Origin: Rhina ancylostomus
Lineage: Eukaryota
Assembly: GCA_030265395.1 (NCBI GenBank)
Contig: JARFYF010000074.1
Span: 23,051,005 to 23,115,004 of the forward strand
Length of the DNA stretch: 64,000 nt
Direction of reading: 5' to 3'
This document shows, one piece after another, positions 10,965-22,570 of this stretch (positions are counted from its first letter, which is position 1; every line of letters begins with the position of its first letter). Made by a program: the position numbers and the translations under genes. The notes beneath the pieces were generated by a model that made no database searches, had not been told where the DNA came from, and saw only the letters and a list, made by a program, of their open reading frames with translations.

Positions 10965-12900
10965 TTTTTTTCATATCTTCAGGATGCGAGTGCTCTGACA
11001 AGTCCTGCATCTATTGCCCATCCCAAGTAGGTCTTGGGAAATTGGTGTGGATCTCTTTTTAAACCACTAAATCTCTCTTCCGAGGATGCTCCCAATGCTG
11101 TTGTGGATGGAGTTCCAAGATTTAGACAGAGTGATGATGAAGAACAAAAATATATATTCCCACGTCAAGATCCTGTGTGGCTTGGAGGTGAACATGTGGA
11201 TGGTAATGTTCCCATGTGCCCATTGCCCTTCCCTTTTTTTGATGTTGGAGATGACTGGTTTGGCAGTTCCTCCCACGTTAGAACAGGTGAGTCAGTCTGG
11301 AGCACTGGAACAGTCACGGTGCACCAAAAGTGGAGGGAGTGAATATCTCGGGTGGTGGATCAGGAACCAGTCAGATAGGCTGCAGGGTGATGATGAACTT
11401 GTTGAGTGTTTTTGGAGGTGCTGTCAATCAGGCAAGTGGGAAGTATGCCATCATGCTCCTGACTTCTGCCTTGTTGATGGTGAAAAAGCTTTAGGGTGCC
11501 AGTATGTGAGTCACTCACTACAGGATAACCAGGACTTGATATGCTCTTGAACCAGGTCCAGTTGAGTTTCTGGTCCCAGGATGCTGATAGTGGAGGACTC
11601 AATGTTGGTGACGTCATTGAATATTAAAAGTAGGTGGTTAGACACTCTTGTTGGAGATGGCCATGCCGGGCATGTTGTGATGCAATTGTTATGTACCATT
11701 TATTGCCCCATGTCTGAACGTTCACCACATTTGGTTGCATGTAGATGTGGACCATATCGTTTGCTGAGGAGTTGTAAATGGAATTAACATTGTGCAATCA
11801 CCAGTGAACAGCCCTATTACTGACCCTATGTTGGAAGGAAAGACATGAAATGCTGAAGATAGTTAGGTCTAAGTCACTGCCCTATAGAATTCCGAAAACA
11901 ATAGCCATCTTGCTTTGTTGTAAATGACGTGACTCCAACTATTGGAATGTTTTCCTTTTGATGCCCATTGATTACAGTTTTTACTCAAACCCTGTTTGCC
12001 TGCTGCACTCAGTTAAATACTGTCTTACTGGGCAGTTACTCTCACTTCATGGTAGTGTAGCAGTTAGCGTAATGCTATTACAGTGCCAGCAACCTGGATT
12101 CAATTCTGGCTGCTGTCTGTAAGGAATTTGTACATTCTCCCCGTGTCTGTGTGGGTTTCCTCCGGGTGCTCCGGTTTCCTCCCACATTACAAAGATGTAT
12201 GGGTTAGGAAGTTGTGGGCNNNNNNNNNNNNNNNNNNNNNNNNNNNNNNNNNNNNNNNNNNNNNNNNNNNNNNNNNNNNNNNNNNNNNNNNNNNNNNNNN
12301 NNNNNNNNNNNNNNNNNNNTGTGTGGGTTTCCTCCGGGTGCTCCGGTTTCCTCCCACATTACAAAGATGTATGGGTTAGGAAGTTGTGGGCATGCTATGT
12401 TGGCGCCGGAAGTGTGGTGACATTTATGGGCTGCACCCAGAGCATTCTATGCAAAAGATGCATTTTACTGTGTGTTTCAATGCACATGTGACTAATAAAG
12501 ATATCTATCTATCTAAGCATCTATCTATCTCCTTATTCTATATGTAGACCAGGCTGTGGTGACGTCTGGAACCAAGTGGTCATTGGCGAATAGTTAATGG
12601 AGAGTACATTCCACTTTAATAACAGTATTACTGACACCCTCCACCTGATAACTGAGAATAGATTTGACTTGTCTTGATTTTGTGAAGAGACCCTATCAAA
12701 ACAATCTTCCAATGTGTTGGAATGGTTTGGTCAGAGGCTCAGCTATTTCATTAATGCAGGTCCTCTGTACTACAGCTGGGACTTTGTTTTGTAACGGAGA
12801 TTTTTCTTGACTGGAGTGAATTAAATTCACTGATAAACAAGAAGACACAAAATTATCCTGGGACTATTTCACTTCAGTCCAAACTGTTGTTGTTAATGTC
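10965..12900 (-). mobile_element. Second-family non-LTR LINE (~1.4 kb), interrupted by a V-SINE
   Basis: 3' tail 'ctattgcccatcccaag' near 11010. ORF 11067-11276 (TLSKSWNSIHNSIG) and RT-region sequence to ~12049, resuming at ~12530. Confidence 0.8.
12050..12530 (+). mobile_element. Young V-SINE with non-CR1 tail (gap with duplicated flanks inside)
   Basis: A-box 'ggtagtgtagcagtt', B-box 'ggattcaattc', V-domain 'gtgtgggtttcctccgggtgctccggtttcctccca', tail 'gcattttactgtgtgtttcaatgcacatgtgactaataaag' + (TATC)n. Confidence 0.95.
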
Positions 12901-15900
12901 CCTATCAATGAAAGAAAGAACAAAGGAAAAGAGGAAAGAATGAGAAAAAGAGAGAATAAAAAAGACTTGCTTTTTGTTGTGACTTTCATACTCTATACAG
13001 CACTTTAATAGCTAAATTTTGAAGTATGGTCACTGTTGTATTAAGCACAGCATCGTGCCTTTTTACATGAGATCTTGGTTTAATGTTAGAAGTTAGTTTT
13101 GCTGTTATTGGTGCTGTGGGTAAGGGGTTCCCAATTCATTTCTCACTGACCATCCACATGGTCATCCTTACTAGTGTCCAGGTGGGGATTTTAGTCTCTT
13201 TCCAGTGATGTAGGAAGCAATTGCAACATCCTTGATGTTCCCAGATTGGGTACAGCATCACAGTTACATGTGTGGCCATGATTATGATGCCTTCATATGA
13301 GTTTCAATGGTCCATTGATAACAGCCAATGAAATTCTAAAATTTATAACAATGGGTCATACACATGGACCCTGCTGAAAAATATATATAAATTTAATAGT
13401 ATTTATACTTTTTGTGAAATATTCTCAGTTTGATACTTTAAATGCAATGTAAAGCAGCTGTAGATGTTATGCAGCAGTGAATTTACTGCATTTTGAGTCT
13501 TACTCAGAGATTCTGTGCTGTGCACGAGTAATATGCTCGACCCAGGGTTGTAACTAAACATAGTGGCACACTGGAGTGACATTATAAGCCCTTTATTGAA
13601 ACCTAATGCTGAAACGAATTGACATCACAGAGCTCATTAGCTTAACAATATCACTGCAAAGATGAAAGAGTATGTCCCTAGCTAATGATACGTTAATAAA
13701 TTATTGCAGAAATAAAGTCAGCAGAAAGAGATCCCACACAGCATGAACAAAAAGGAGTTTCCTTAAAACTGCTGTCTGAATGACCCCCAGTGACACATTA
13801 TGAAAATATTGGTGGACTTCACAGACATTGAGATATTAAAGAGCAGTGAGAAGATACAACTTCAAATATATCTAAAAGGAATCATGGATTAAACACACAC
13901 CACTCCATGAATATTTTTGCTTTAACTTCAGTGTTAATCAACATAAGTATACTACTTGAAGAGACAAGGGATTAAACCAATGTTAAAGATGTTTCTATCT
14001 TAGATGTCTGAAATAAGGCAGATGGATTACTTAAATCAGCATGTTCAAAGAGTCTCAAGCAGAGCTTGAGAATAAAATAAGAATATAAAATGTTCTGGGA
14101 GTCATAATGAAATTTTAGTTTGTGAGGACTGCTTCAGGCATGAATCATCAGGATGGACCACAGAAAGGTGCCTTTATCCCTTATGCCAAAAGGCACTAAC
14201 ACAGGTAAGGGAATGGTAGCTTTCTCCATAAAAAGGGGACATGGCCAGTACTTAGAGAAAGATATTCAATAGAACATCAAAGAGGCAGAAGGTCCAGAAA
14301 TTGGTGTCTGCCTGCATGGGAACTTCAAAACAAACTCATTTTCTGGAGATGTTAGTGCTGATATGGTTGCTAACACAGTGAAATTTACTCAGATGTTGTA
14401 ATTTGAGGGAATGGGAAAGGTTCTCAGTCTATGACCAGGATAGACATTTACTAAACTCTGCAATAGCAACGTGAGCTGAAATTCCTGCATGTGGGCATTT
14501 TGAGTATAGCTCAAAACCAAAACAGATTATTTCTGCCCTTCTTTAATTTTTTTTCTCAGCTCCATGAAGGCTCTTCCTTCTTTGTCCTCTTCCTGTCACC
14601 ATCTCATATCACCTCAGTCCTGTTGCCAACCCATCAATATTTCCCTGCCTCTCGCCTCTGTATGGATCCCATTTGGTATAGGCACAGATAAACAAAGCCC
14701 TTGTGATTAATTACATAACTTATGATTGAAGCTTGTCTTTCAGATAATAACAACTTTAAACAATCACTGTCAAGGATTATTTGTTTATGCAATATCAATA
14801 TACTTAGATGCAATATCACTATCTTCCTGACCTCCTGTGAAAGTTTGCACTTATAGGGGTTATTTAAGGTTATGTTTTATGGAAGGAGTACATTCTCAAC
14901 TGTATGCTCTGAACATTGCCAACGTATGTGAGATTAAAGGATGTTTGGTATTGGTAACTGGTTTCCTCTAGGAAGCTCTTTAGGTTTGCCAAACACATTN
15001 NNNNNNNNNNNNNNNNNNNNNNNNNNNNNNNNNNNNNNNNNNNNNNNNNNNNNNNNNNNNNNNNNNNNNNNNNNNNNNNNNNNNNNNNNNNNNNNNNNNN
15101 NNNNNNNNNNNNNNNNNNNNNNNNNNNNNNNNNNNNNNNNNNNNNNNNNNNNNNNNNNNNNNNNNAGTTTTTTTGCTTATGATAGCCGCTAATATTACAT
15201 TAAAAACCAGAATCCAGAGAAAAACTGTCCATGTTGGTAATTTATGATACGGTCAAAAGAACATACAAGGCTGACATTTTCTTATTTCCATGAAATTATT
15301 TTATTTCTGATCCTACATGATGAAATGACAGATTGTTAAGCTGGAAATGCATATGGGTTATGTAATTACAATTTTAAATGTGGCTCCAATAGTGTGGCAG
15401 GAATGCAACTGATAAAATTCTTCCAATTACTTATTCTGATGTTTAAGTATTCCACCTGACGTGGAGGAAGATTACAGTCAGAAGATCTAAGAGAAAAAGA
15501 ATTAGTACAGTGGTACTAAAAGTGCCTCAAAGCAACCTTCCTTCCTCCCAGATTTTGAATTAAAAGTAAGTGCAGCACAGCAGGCCATTGAGAATATATG
15601 TATCCATTAATAAGAATACATATTAGTCTTCCTCTGTGCAAGATGCTGCACATGTGTAGCTATTGGAATCCTTCTATTGTCTATTTTACCATGTATATGG
15701 TCAAGATCAGCAAACATAAAAAAAACACTTGAACAGTTAAACAAAGGAAATTGTGAGGTCTGACCCAAGGCCTGAAAATTGACATTCAGGGCCTGAAAAT
15801 TGACACTTGTATTGTTAGAAGTTACCTGGAATGAAGTTACCTGGAACTTTAAAACCAAGAGAGTCGGCAAATAACAGTGAGAGAGGATGTGGTTTATTGT

Positions 15901-18900
15901 TTTTTTTCTCTTTTTTTGATCAATGAAGTTAAAATTGAGTAAAGTAAGTGACATTTGTTTATAATTTTTACACTCTATGTTCACTTTCTGTATGGAAAAT
16001 AAAGTGGCTTATCAATTCACATCAACTCTATTTTATTAAAGTGTTTTTCAGTCTGTCCTCAGCTAATATAAATGAATGTCTGAAAGTGAACCGTGCTTAT
16101 TCCCTTTCACTGAGCAGATGCTCTTTGGGTAAAGCACTGAAATTTGATTGAAACAATGGCATTTAAATGTACATGAATATTAATGCACTAAATAAATATG
16201 CAATACAGAAAGTGCTGCAGCTGATGCTAAATTGTTTCTAATCCATTCACAAGCAGGGACAGATGCAGATACACAAACAGAGGATTTGTTGTTTGATAAT
16301 TCAGTTAAAGTTGTGAATATCTATGATTTGCATTAAGTGCGAACAGAAGATGAGTTGCAATGGTTCTTATTTTCTTGAAGATGATGTATGTGTTAGCACA
16401 GCTGAATTTGTGCAGCAGATTAGAATAAATAATGGATACAAATCACAGGGGACAGCATCATTGTGATAGGAGAGAGAAAGGTGAGTAATTTCAGTTTAGA
16501 TTTCTATATGGATATTTCAATAAAAGAACCAAGCCTACTATACCTCTCAGGAAAACAGGAAGAAAAGTGAGAATAGGGGAAAAAGAGAATAGGAAAAAGC
16601 ACTTAGGGCATGAAGAATTTAAGTTACTTGTCCTCGAGAAAATATGTATGAATACTGAGTTGCTGGCAGTAATCTGGAAAGAAGGAGAAAGAATACAGAA
16701 AATGAGTGGCTAGTCCAAAAGAAAATTAGCAGCAGTAATGCCTTGAGTGATAACTTGAGGTGAATGTAATGAAACAGAATGGAAACAGTTTATTGGGACA
16801 GCAGTTTAGGTGTGTGGATAAACTGATAAGGTGTTAGTCTATTCCTGCCAATGATTTGTTTCTATATTATAAAGTTACTTGAATTACTGACTCTGATCCA
16901 CTTCCTTTTTCAACTATTGTTTCATCTTTCATAGTATATTTACAGAATGTAATTTTCCTTCCACCGTGTGGTACACTACACAAGTCTGCATTAAATTTCT
17001 TTTGCCATAATTCTTATAAGTGCTCACAGGCCTCTACCTGTCAGCATTTCATGTGTGGGCAGATGTATGCTAAAAAGATGCATATGAGGCATACACAGCA
17101 CCTGTCATAGTTCTTTTCACTTTGTTCTTGGGAGTCTTGAAGCCCTGATGTTAAAGGGGAGTACAGTGGGGCTGGGACAGCAAGGTGCCTGGCTAATGTT
17201 GAGAGGAAAGCCCTGCTCGGGACCCTTTGGCTTAGAGGGAAAAATATATTATTTAAGAAATTGGCTCAGTTGTAAAGCTGACTTAACATCCTAACAAATC
17301 CAGTCATCATAGTAGCAGAAAGCCATTGGTTTATGGTTTTATTTCCAGAGTGGGCAAAAGAGTCTGCCCCTCATTTCCACAAGCATAATGGTCCAACCGA
17401 AAAAGTGGCCCATTACACGGATTCTTTCCAATTGTTTTATTATTGCACCAGAATTTATTATAATCTATGGATTTGACCATTTGACAATTTCAGTACGTTG
17501 ATCAGAAATATCAGAAAGTAAAGGGGCTTTGCCACTGTATTGTCCCTCTCAGCTATCTGCTTATCTCTCAAGCTTAAACCAGAATAACAAGTGCCTAAAG
17601 CTGCTTTAGCAACCAATGATATAGAACATTATAGATTACTGACAATCAAGATGTACAACAACTTTGTCCTAAAAAATGGGATGTATAGCAGAGATTCCAT
17701 TTAGCACCATATATGTTGGATTACCTCCATGTGGCCCAAAGACCCTACAGAGTAGGTCAGTCCTCTTGTCATATGTATTTGACACCCACTTTGCTAAATT
17801 GGGCTCTACTAATATAGACCACTTCTCCTACAACCTGATACCACTCTTCTGCCTGAAAGGATTTTCAACAATTTTCAGGTTAATTGGCTTTTAAGCTGAA
17901 GCTGAACTGGATATAGGAAGGGGGTACAGTTTTCATCAGTGACTTACTATTACCCAGAATGTTTCTCAGAATGATGGCTAGAAATGACATAATTCTTTAT
18001 TACATCTTCCTCAAGAGAACACAATATGTTCTTTTCATTCCTCTTTTGAGGAAAGAAAGCTAGATGCTTTAATACCCATCTTATATTAATGTTGATGATA
18101 CTCACTCTGTCTAGGTCTTTATACTGATGATCTTTCTTCACAAAGGATGTCTTTTTAAGATACATTCTCCTCTTCCTCATTAGAAACATTATTTATTGTT
18201 GAGGGCGCAGGTATGCATCACTTTCCATGTATTATAAAGCCTTTTCAAATTATCCTCTGTAACTTTCCTCATAAGACAATGAATTTATCCAATGAATAGC
18301 CAAGTCATAAAGACTTAATATGTCCCATATTAAATCCTCATTATCTGCTCAATTAGCTGGTCTCAACCAACATGTGTGTGTAATGCCAAACTTTGGTGAG
18401 AGGAGAAGATATCAGCTTCCACAAGTGGCAGAGTCAACTCTACCATTCGGTGAAACTTAGATAATGGACCAGAAATCTTTAGTAAAAGACATATTATAGT
18501 TATTTGAAAATAAACTTGAAAGTGCTCTTCCCAAATTTAAAGAAATATCTGGAAATTTACTGTCCATCCTTCAATATTACCATTTTACAGAAATCAGTGC
18601 AAGCTGTATCACAGTATTTAAACTGAATTGTCAAAGAACATAAAGAAACTAATGTAAAAAAAAAGGTATTAAGTGCACAGTTGGTGCAAAATTCTACCTC
18701 CAAATGAATACTGAAATTATTTTTAAAGTAAAATCTGAATATGTGATAGTAGGAAAATAAACATGGTAGTTTTGTGCAGTGGAACCTAACTCCTCATGGT
18801 AGAATAGAGCATGTTTATCACTGGAGGACATGCCAGTCTTGGACATGCTGTCAGAGCAGAGGCTCTGCCCAGGATTTATTTCAGGAAAGATGAAACAGCT

Positions 18901-20444
18901 GAGACTAGCTCTTCATTGGGAAAGATGGCTGAATCTTTTTCAGGCCATGTCAATTCCACTGCAGTTCCAGGGTTTCCCATTTTTGTTTACCAGATTACTC
19001 TATTTGATCTATTTTTGTTATGCTTAGTCCAGCACCTGTACTTTTTTCGCCAGGCTGAATTATTTGACAATGGGCCTATGACTTTAATTCAACAGTACTG
19101 CCAGAAAATCCCTATTTACACACTGGCTGCAAATTTTCCTCTCCTTTCTCTTTCCTTTGCCAGAGAAATCATTAACTTCCAATCAAAATGATCTCTGGAC
19201 AGCAGGAAGCAGTTCAGCAGAGGGATTCACAAAACATATACAGCTGTGCAATTCAGCAGAATGTTGGTTAAGGACACAACAGGATGCCCAGTAACTGCTG
19301 TATACCTAAAATTGGTGCAGTTTTCCTGAAATTCCTGTGGGTTTTTCTCGACTTTGGGTGGGAGAGCGAAATGTTCACTCAGAGAATCAGCATCAGAGCA
19401 GTCTGGTCAAGCAGAAGTCACTGTTAAATAGGTTTGGTCAACAAATAAAGGCCAGGAGAAGGGTGTGGTGTTCTGCTATTTTGTATTGCCCTAGAGTGTA
19501 GACATTAGCAGGGGAATTCAATCACATAATTCATTTTTTATGCCTTTCAGGACAAAACTGAAGTATAATATCAATGACAGAATCTGATCTAAATGTTAAT
19601 GCTTGTTTAGGACACACATGAGATTTGGTGGGTGAGTTTATGGATGCATTAAACACCACTGGATGAAGGACATTGGACACAGAGTCTTGATATCAGTAGT
19701 TGTGTAAAATACTTTGATGGGTTCAACTCAGATATGACCAATGATTTCTGATCATTGTTCAGAGAAGGTCTTCTATATTGGACACGTGGTGATGGAGGGG
19801 CAGGAGGTGCTGGGAAGAAGTGGCATGCCTTCTGATGTTCACTCTGGATGTATCTCCACCAGCACAATCTCCATTAAGGAATTGGAGAAGTGGGGTGCCT
19901 AAGTTCATTTCTGTCCTGGCAGTTCATCCCAACCTGTCTCATTATATCCAGCAATGGATCTAATTTGGATCATTACTTTCAGAGTTTCACCCATAATCTA
20001 GCAGGTTACTTTGTGTATTGTGCACAGGTGCTGAAATTATGCTTAGNNNNNNNNNNNNNNNNNNNNNNNNNGATCATCCTGATTATGCCGACAATGGCTT
20101 GTACAATGTGAGGACACAATTGGTTCCTGAGTACCTTCAACAATCTGAGTATGCTCTCCTGCAAAGTGGCAGTTTACCATGTGCTTGTAAAAAACTGTGA
20201 TATTTTAGGTATTGTCTTTCACATTGTCATAAAATTAGGCAACCTCCATTTATGTGGTTTCATACTTGATTATAGCAAAATGAAGAAGATAATTACCAAG
20301 ATAAGCCTTCTTGCACTGGTAATTGTGCCACCTTGCAGAAAAGACATAATCCAGGATATGTTTGTATTTTCAGGTGAATGTAAAAGATCCTTTGGCATTT
20401 TTTCAAAGATATGTATGGGAATTAAGGAATTCTTCTTGTGTCTC

Positions 20445-20600
20445 AAAACAGATTAGCTGGTCATTCATCTCTGTAGAACCAGTTGGTGAAGCTGTGTTTC
20501 CCTATGTTACAACTATGAGTACACTTCTAAAATAGTCTATTAGGCGTAAAGTAGTTCAAGACATCTTGAAGTCAGGAAGTCAATAGAGTAAAAGTCCAGA
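20445..20600 (+). mobile_element. Deu-domain SINE 3' remnant
   Basis: 'cagattagctggtcatt..gctgtgtttccctatgttacaac..tacacttctaaaatag..ggcgtaaag..gacatcttgaag', homologous to 25360-25530. Confidence 0.65.
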
Positions 20601-21379
20601 GGTAATTTCAGGTCAATTCACTATCGCCATTTTACACTTTAGCACAAAGCCAAAATAATAAATTCTGCAATTTTTTCTTTTCCATTCTCACTCTGTTGCT
20701 TACCTTCCTCCACTTACTACCCAACCTATGTTGGAGAGTTACTAGCAGCATCTCAGTGCTGAAAGGAAGAACAATAAAACATTCTGTGGGACTGTTGGCT
20801 GGCAATTGGAAGCAGTTGCCGCAATGAGATTGTTAAGTGGTGACATATGAAATATCCTCAGGGTGCTAGTTTCAGCAGTTTCCAAAGAAACTTTTTCTAG
20901 GAACTTTCCCCACCTCTTCAGTATACTGACAACCCTCATCACCAAGATTGTCACCAGCTTAGGGAAACACCATCTGGATAACTGAAATACAATGCATCAT
21001 GCAAGCAACTCAGTATTTAAAGAACCTGGTCACACTTTTCTATCACAAATACATCATTACATTTAATATATCATTGCATTTTATTTACATGTAACTTTTT
21101 GGGGCATTAATAACCATTTCTAAAATGATGTTACTCATTGCATTGTTGTTGATTAATGGTGACTTTCAGTGAGGCTGTTACTGTAATAAATGTTCTGAGT
21201 TTACCCCAGGTTGTGAGATTTGTTGAAATAATTTTGAAACAAAGCATTCTATTTTTTGAAATGCTATATTGCACTAATTTCTGGTTCAATCTATACAACC
21301 ATTGTGGCAGTCAATAATCCTCTCTTTTTCTGCAGCGTTCCTCTCCATGGACAAATCTAACAGTTGTGCTCATGAACAT

Positions 21380-21990
21380 ACAAATCATAGCTTGAAGGAA
21401 TAATTAAAGATAACTTCATATATTCAGATAAAGAGTGCTGGGAGATCGAATTAAACCAGAAGGATGTCTACTTGTCAGCATGGACAAAGTGGGCCAAATG
21501 GCCTGTCTCCAACATTGGCTGTGCAATTCTCCAACATTGACTCTGAATTACTAGTACTGAAACAGCTTCTTAGTTACGCAGAATGGATATGATAAATGCA
21601 AGGTAGTATGTTATGGAAAAAATAAGGAGACCACATTATCTTCAGAAAATAAATGTCAATACAGGATAGAGGAATAGGGGTGGGGGAGTGGTCAAGGGTG
21701 ATAAGAGTGACAGATGCATAAATCACAAAGATTAGTGGCATAGGTTAATAAAACAGCAAACAAGGCACTACAGCTTACAACTAAAGGCAGACAGCAAGAT
21801 GGAAAGATCATATAAAAACATAGTTAGACCATATTTACAGTACTGTATACTGTATACACTTTTGATGTCCATACTGTGCATAGCATATGAAGGGCTAATA
21901 GAAGTTCAGAAAGGATATTCTGAAATTATCTGCAGAGAAATTATCCTTATCAGGAAGGTTTTAACAATTGAAATTTGACAGAAGGTTATG
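21380..21990 (+). mobile_element. Decayed CR1 fragments (a tail followed by an RT C-terminal piece)
   Basis: Tail 'atggacaaagtgggccaaatggcctgtctc'. Downstream 'tagttagaccatatttacagtactgtatac' is a VRPHLEYC remnant. Confidence 0.6.
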
Positions 21991-22384
21991 AAAGAGAAAT
22001 TTCATCTGTTAATGAGACCAGCACAACTTGGAATGCTCACAATGATAATGAATTTCCATAGACAGCTGAATTTAAGTTGAATTATTTCTGAATTGTAGTC
22101 ACAGCTGTAATATAGAAAAACACAGCTGTCAGTTTTTGCACAAAAAGATCCCACAGAGAAAATTATGATCATCACCAAATCGTCTGCATTAGATATATGC
22201 TGAGCTGTAAACCTTGGTTTAGATGGGAAGAGTTCATACTCATCTTTGAATAGTGACATGAAAAACGTTCACATCCACAGGTACCTAAATCAGAGTGTTT
22301 TCAGTATTTCCTGTTTCTGATGCTGGTTCTAATGCTGCAGACTCAGGCAGGCTTGACATTAGGTTGAAAAGACTTCATGGGAAT

Positions 22385-22570
22385 CAAAAAGCAGCAGATG
22401 ATGGAAATCTGGAATAAAAGCAGGCAATGCTGAAAACATTCAGCAGGTCAGGCAGTATCTGTGGAAAAACAGAGTTTCTTTCCTGAGTTTCTCTTTCCTG
22501 AAACATTAACTTTGCTCTTCTTTCCACTGATGTTACCTGACCTGCATTTCTAACACTCTTTCTTTTTATT
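22385..22570. mobile_element. Penelope-like terminal repeats fused as an imperfect palindrome
   Basis: 'gcaggtcaggcagtatctgtggaaa' pairs with 'tttccactgatgttacctgacctgc'. The hammerhead stem II region is missing but 'ctgaaacattaact' remains. Confidence 0.8.

Noticed and set aside
11034-11787. Cluster of overlapping ORFs
   Set aside because: Sense and antisense frames of a decayed LINE.
16540-16820. Possible CR1 ORF1 esterase relic
   Set aside because: Purine-rich with faint similarity only; no intact motif.
20072-20200. Protein-like peptide DHPDYADNGLYNVRTQLVPEYLQQSEYALLQSG after a gap
   Set aside because: No family recognised and any splice acceptor would be hidden by Ns. It cannot be supported without BLAST or RNA-seq.
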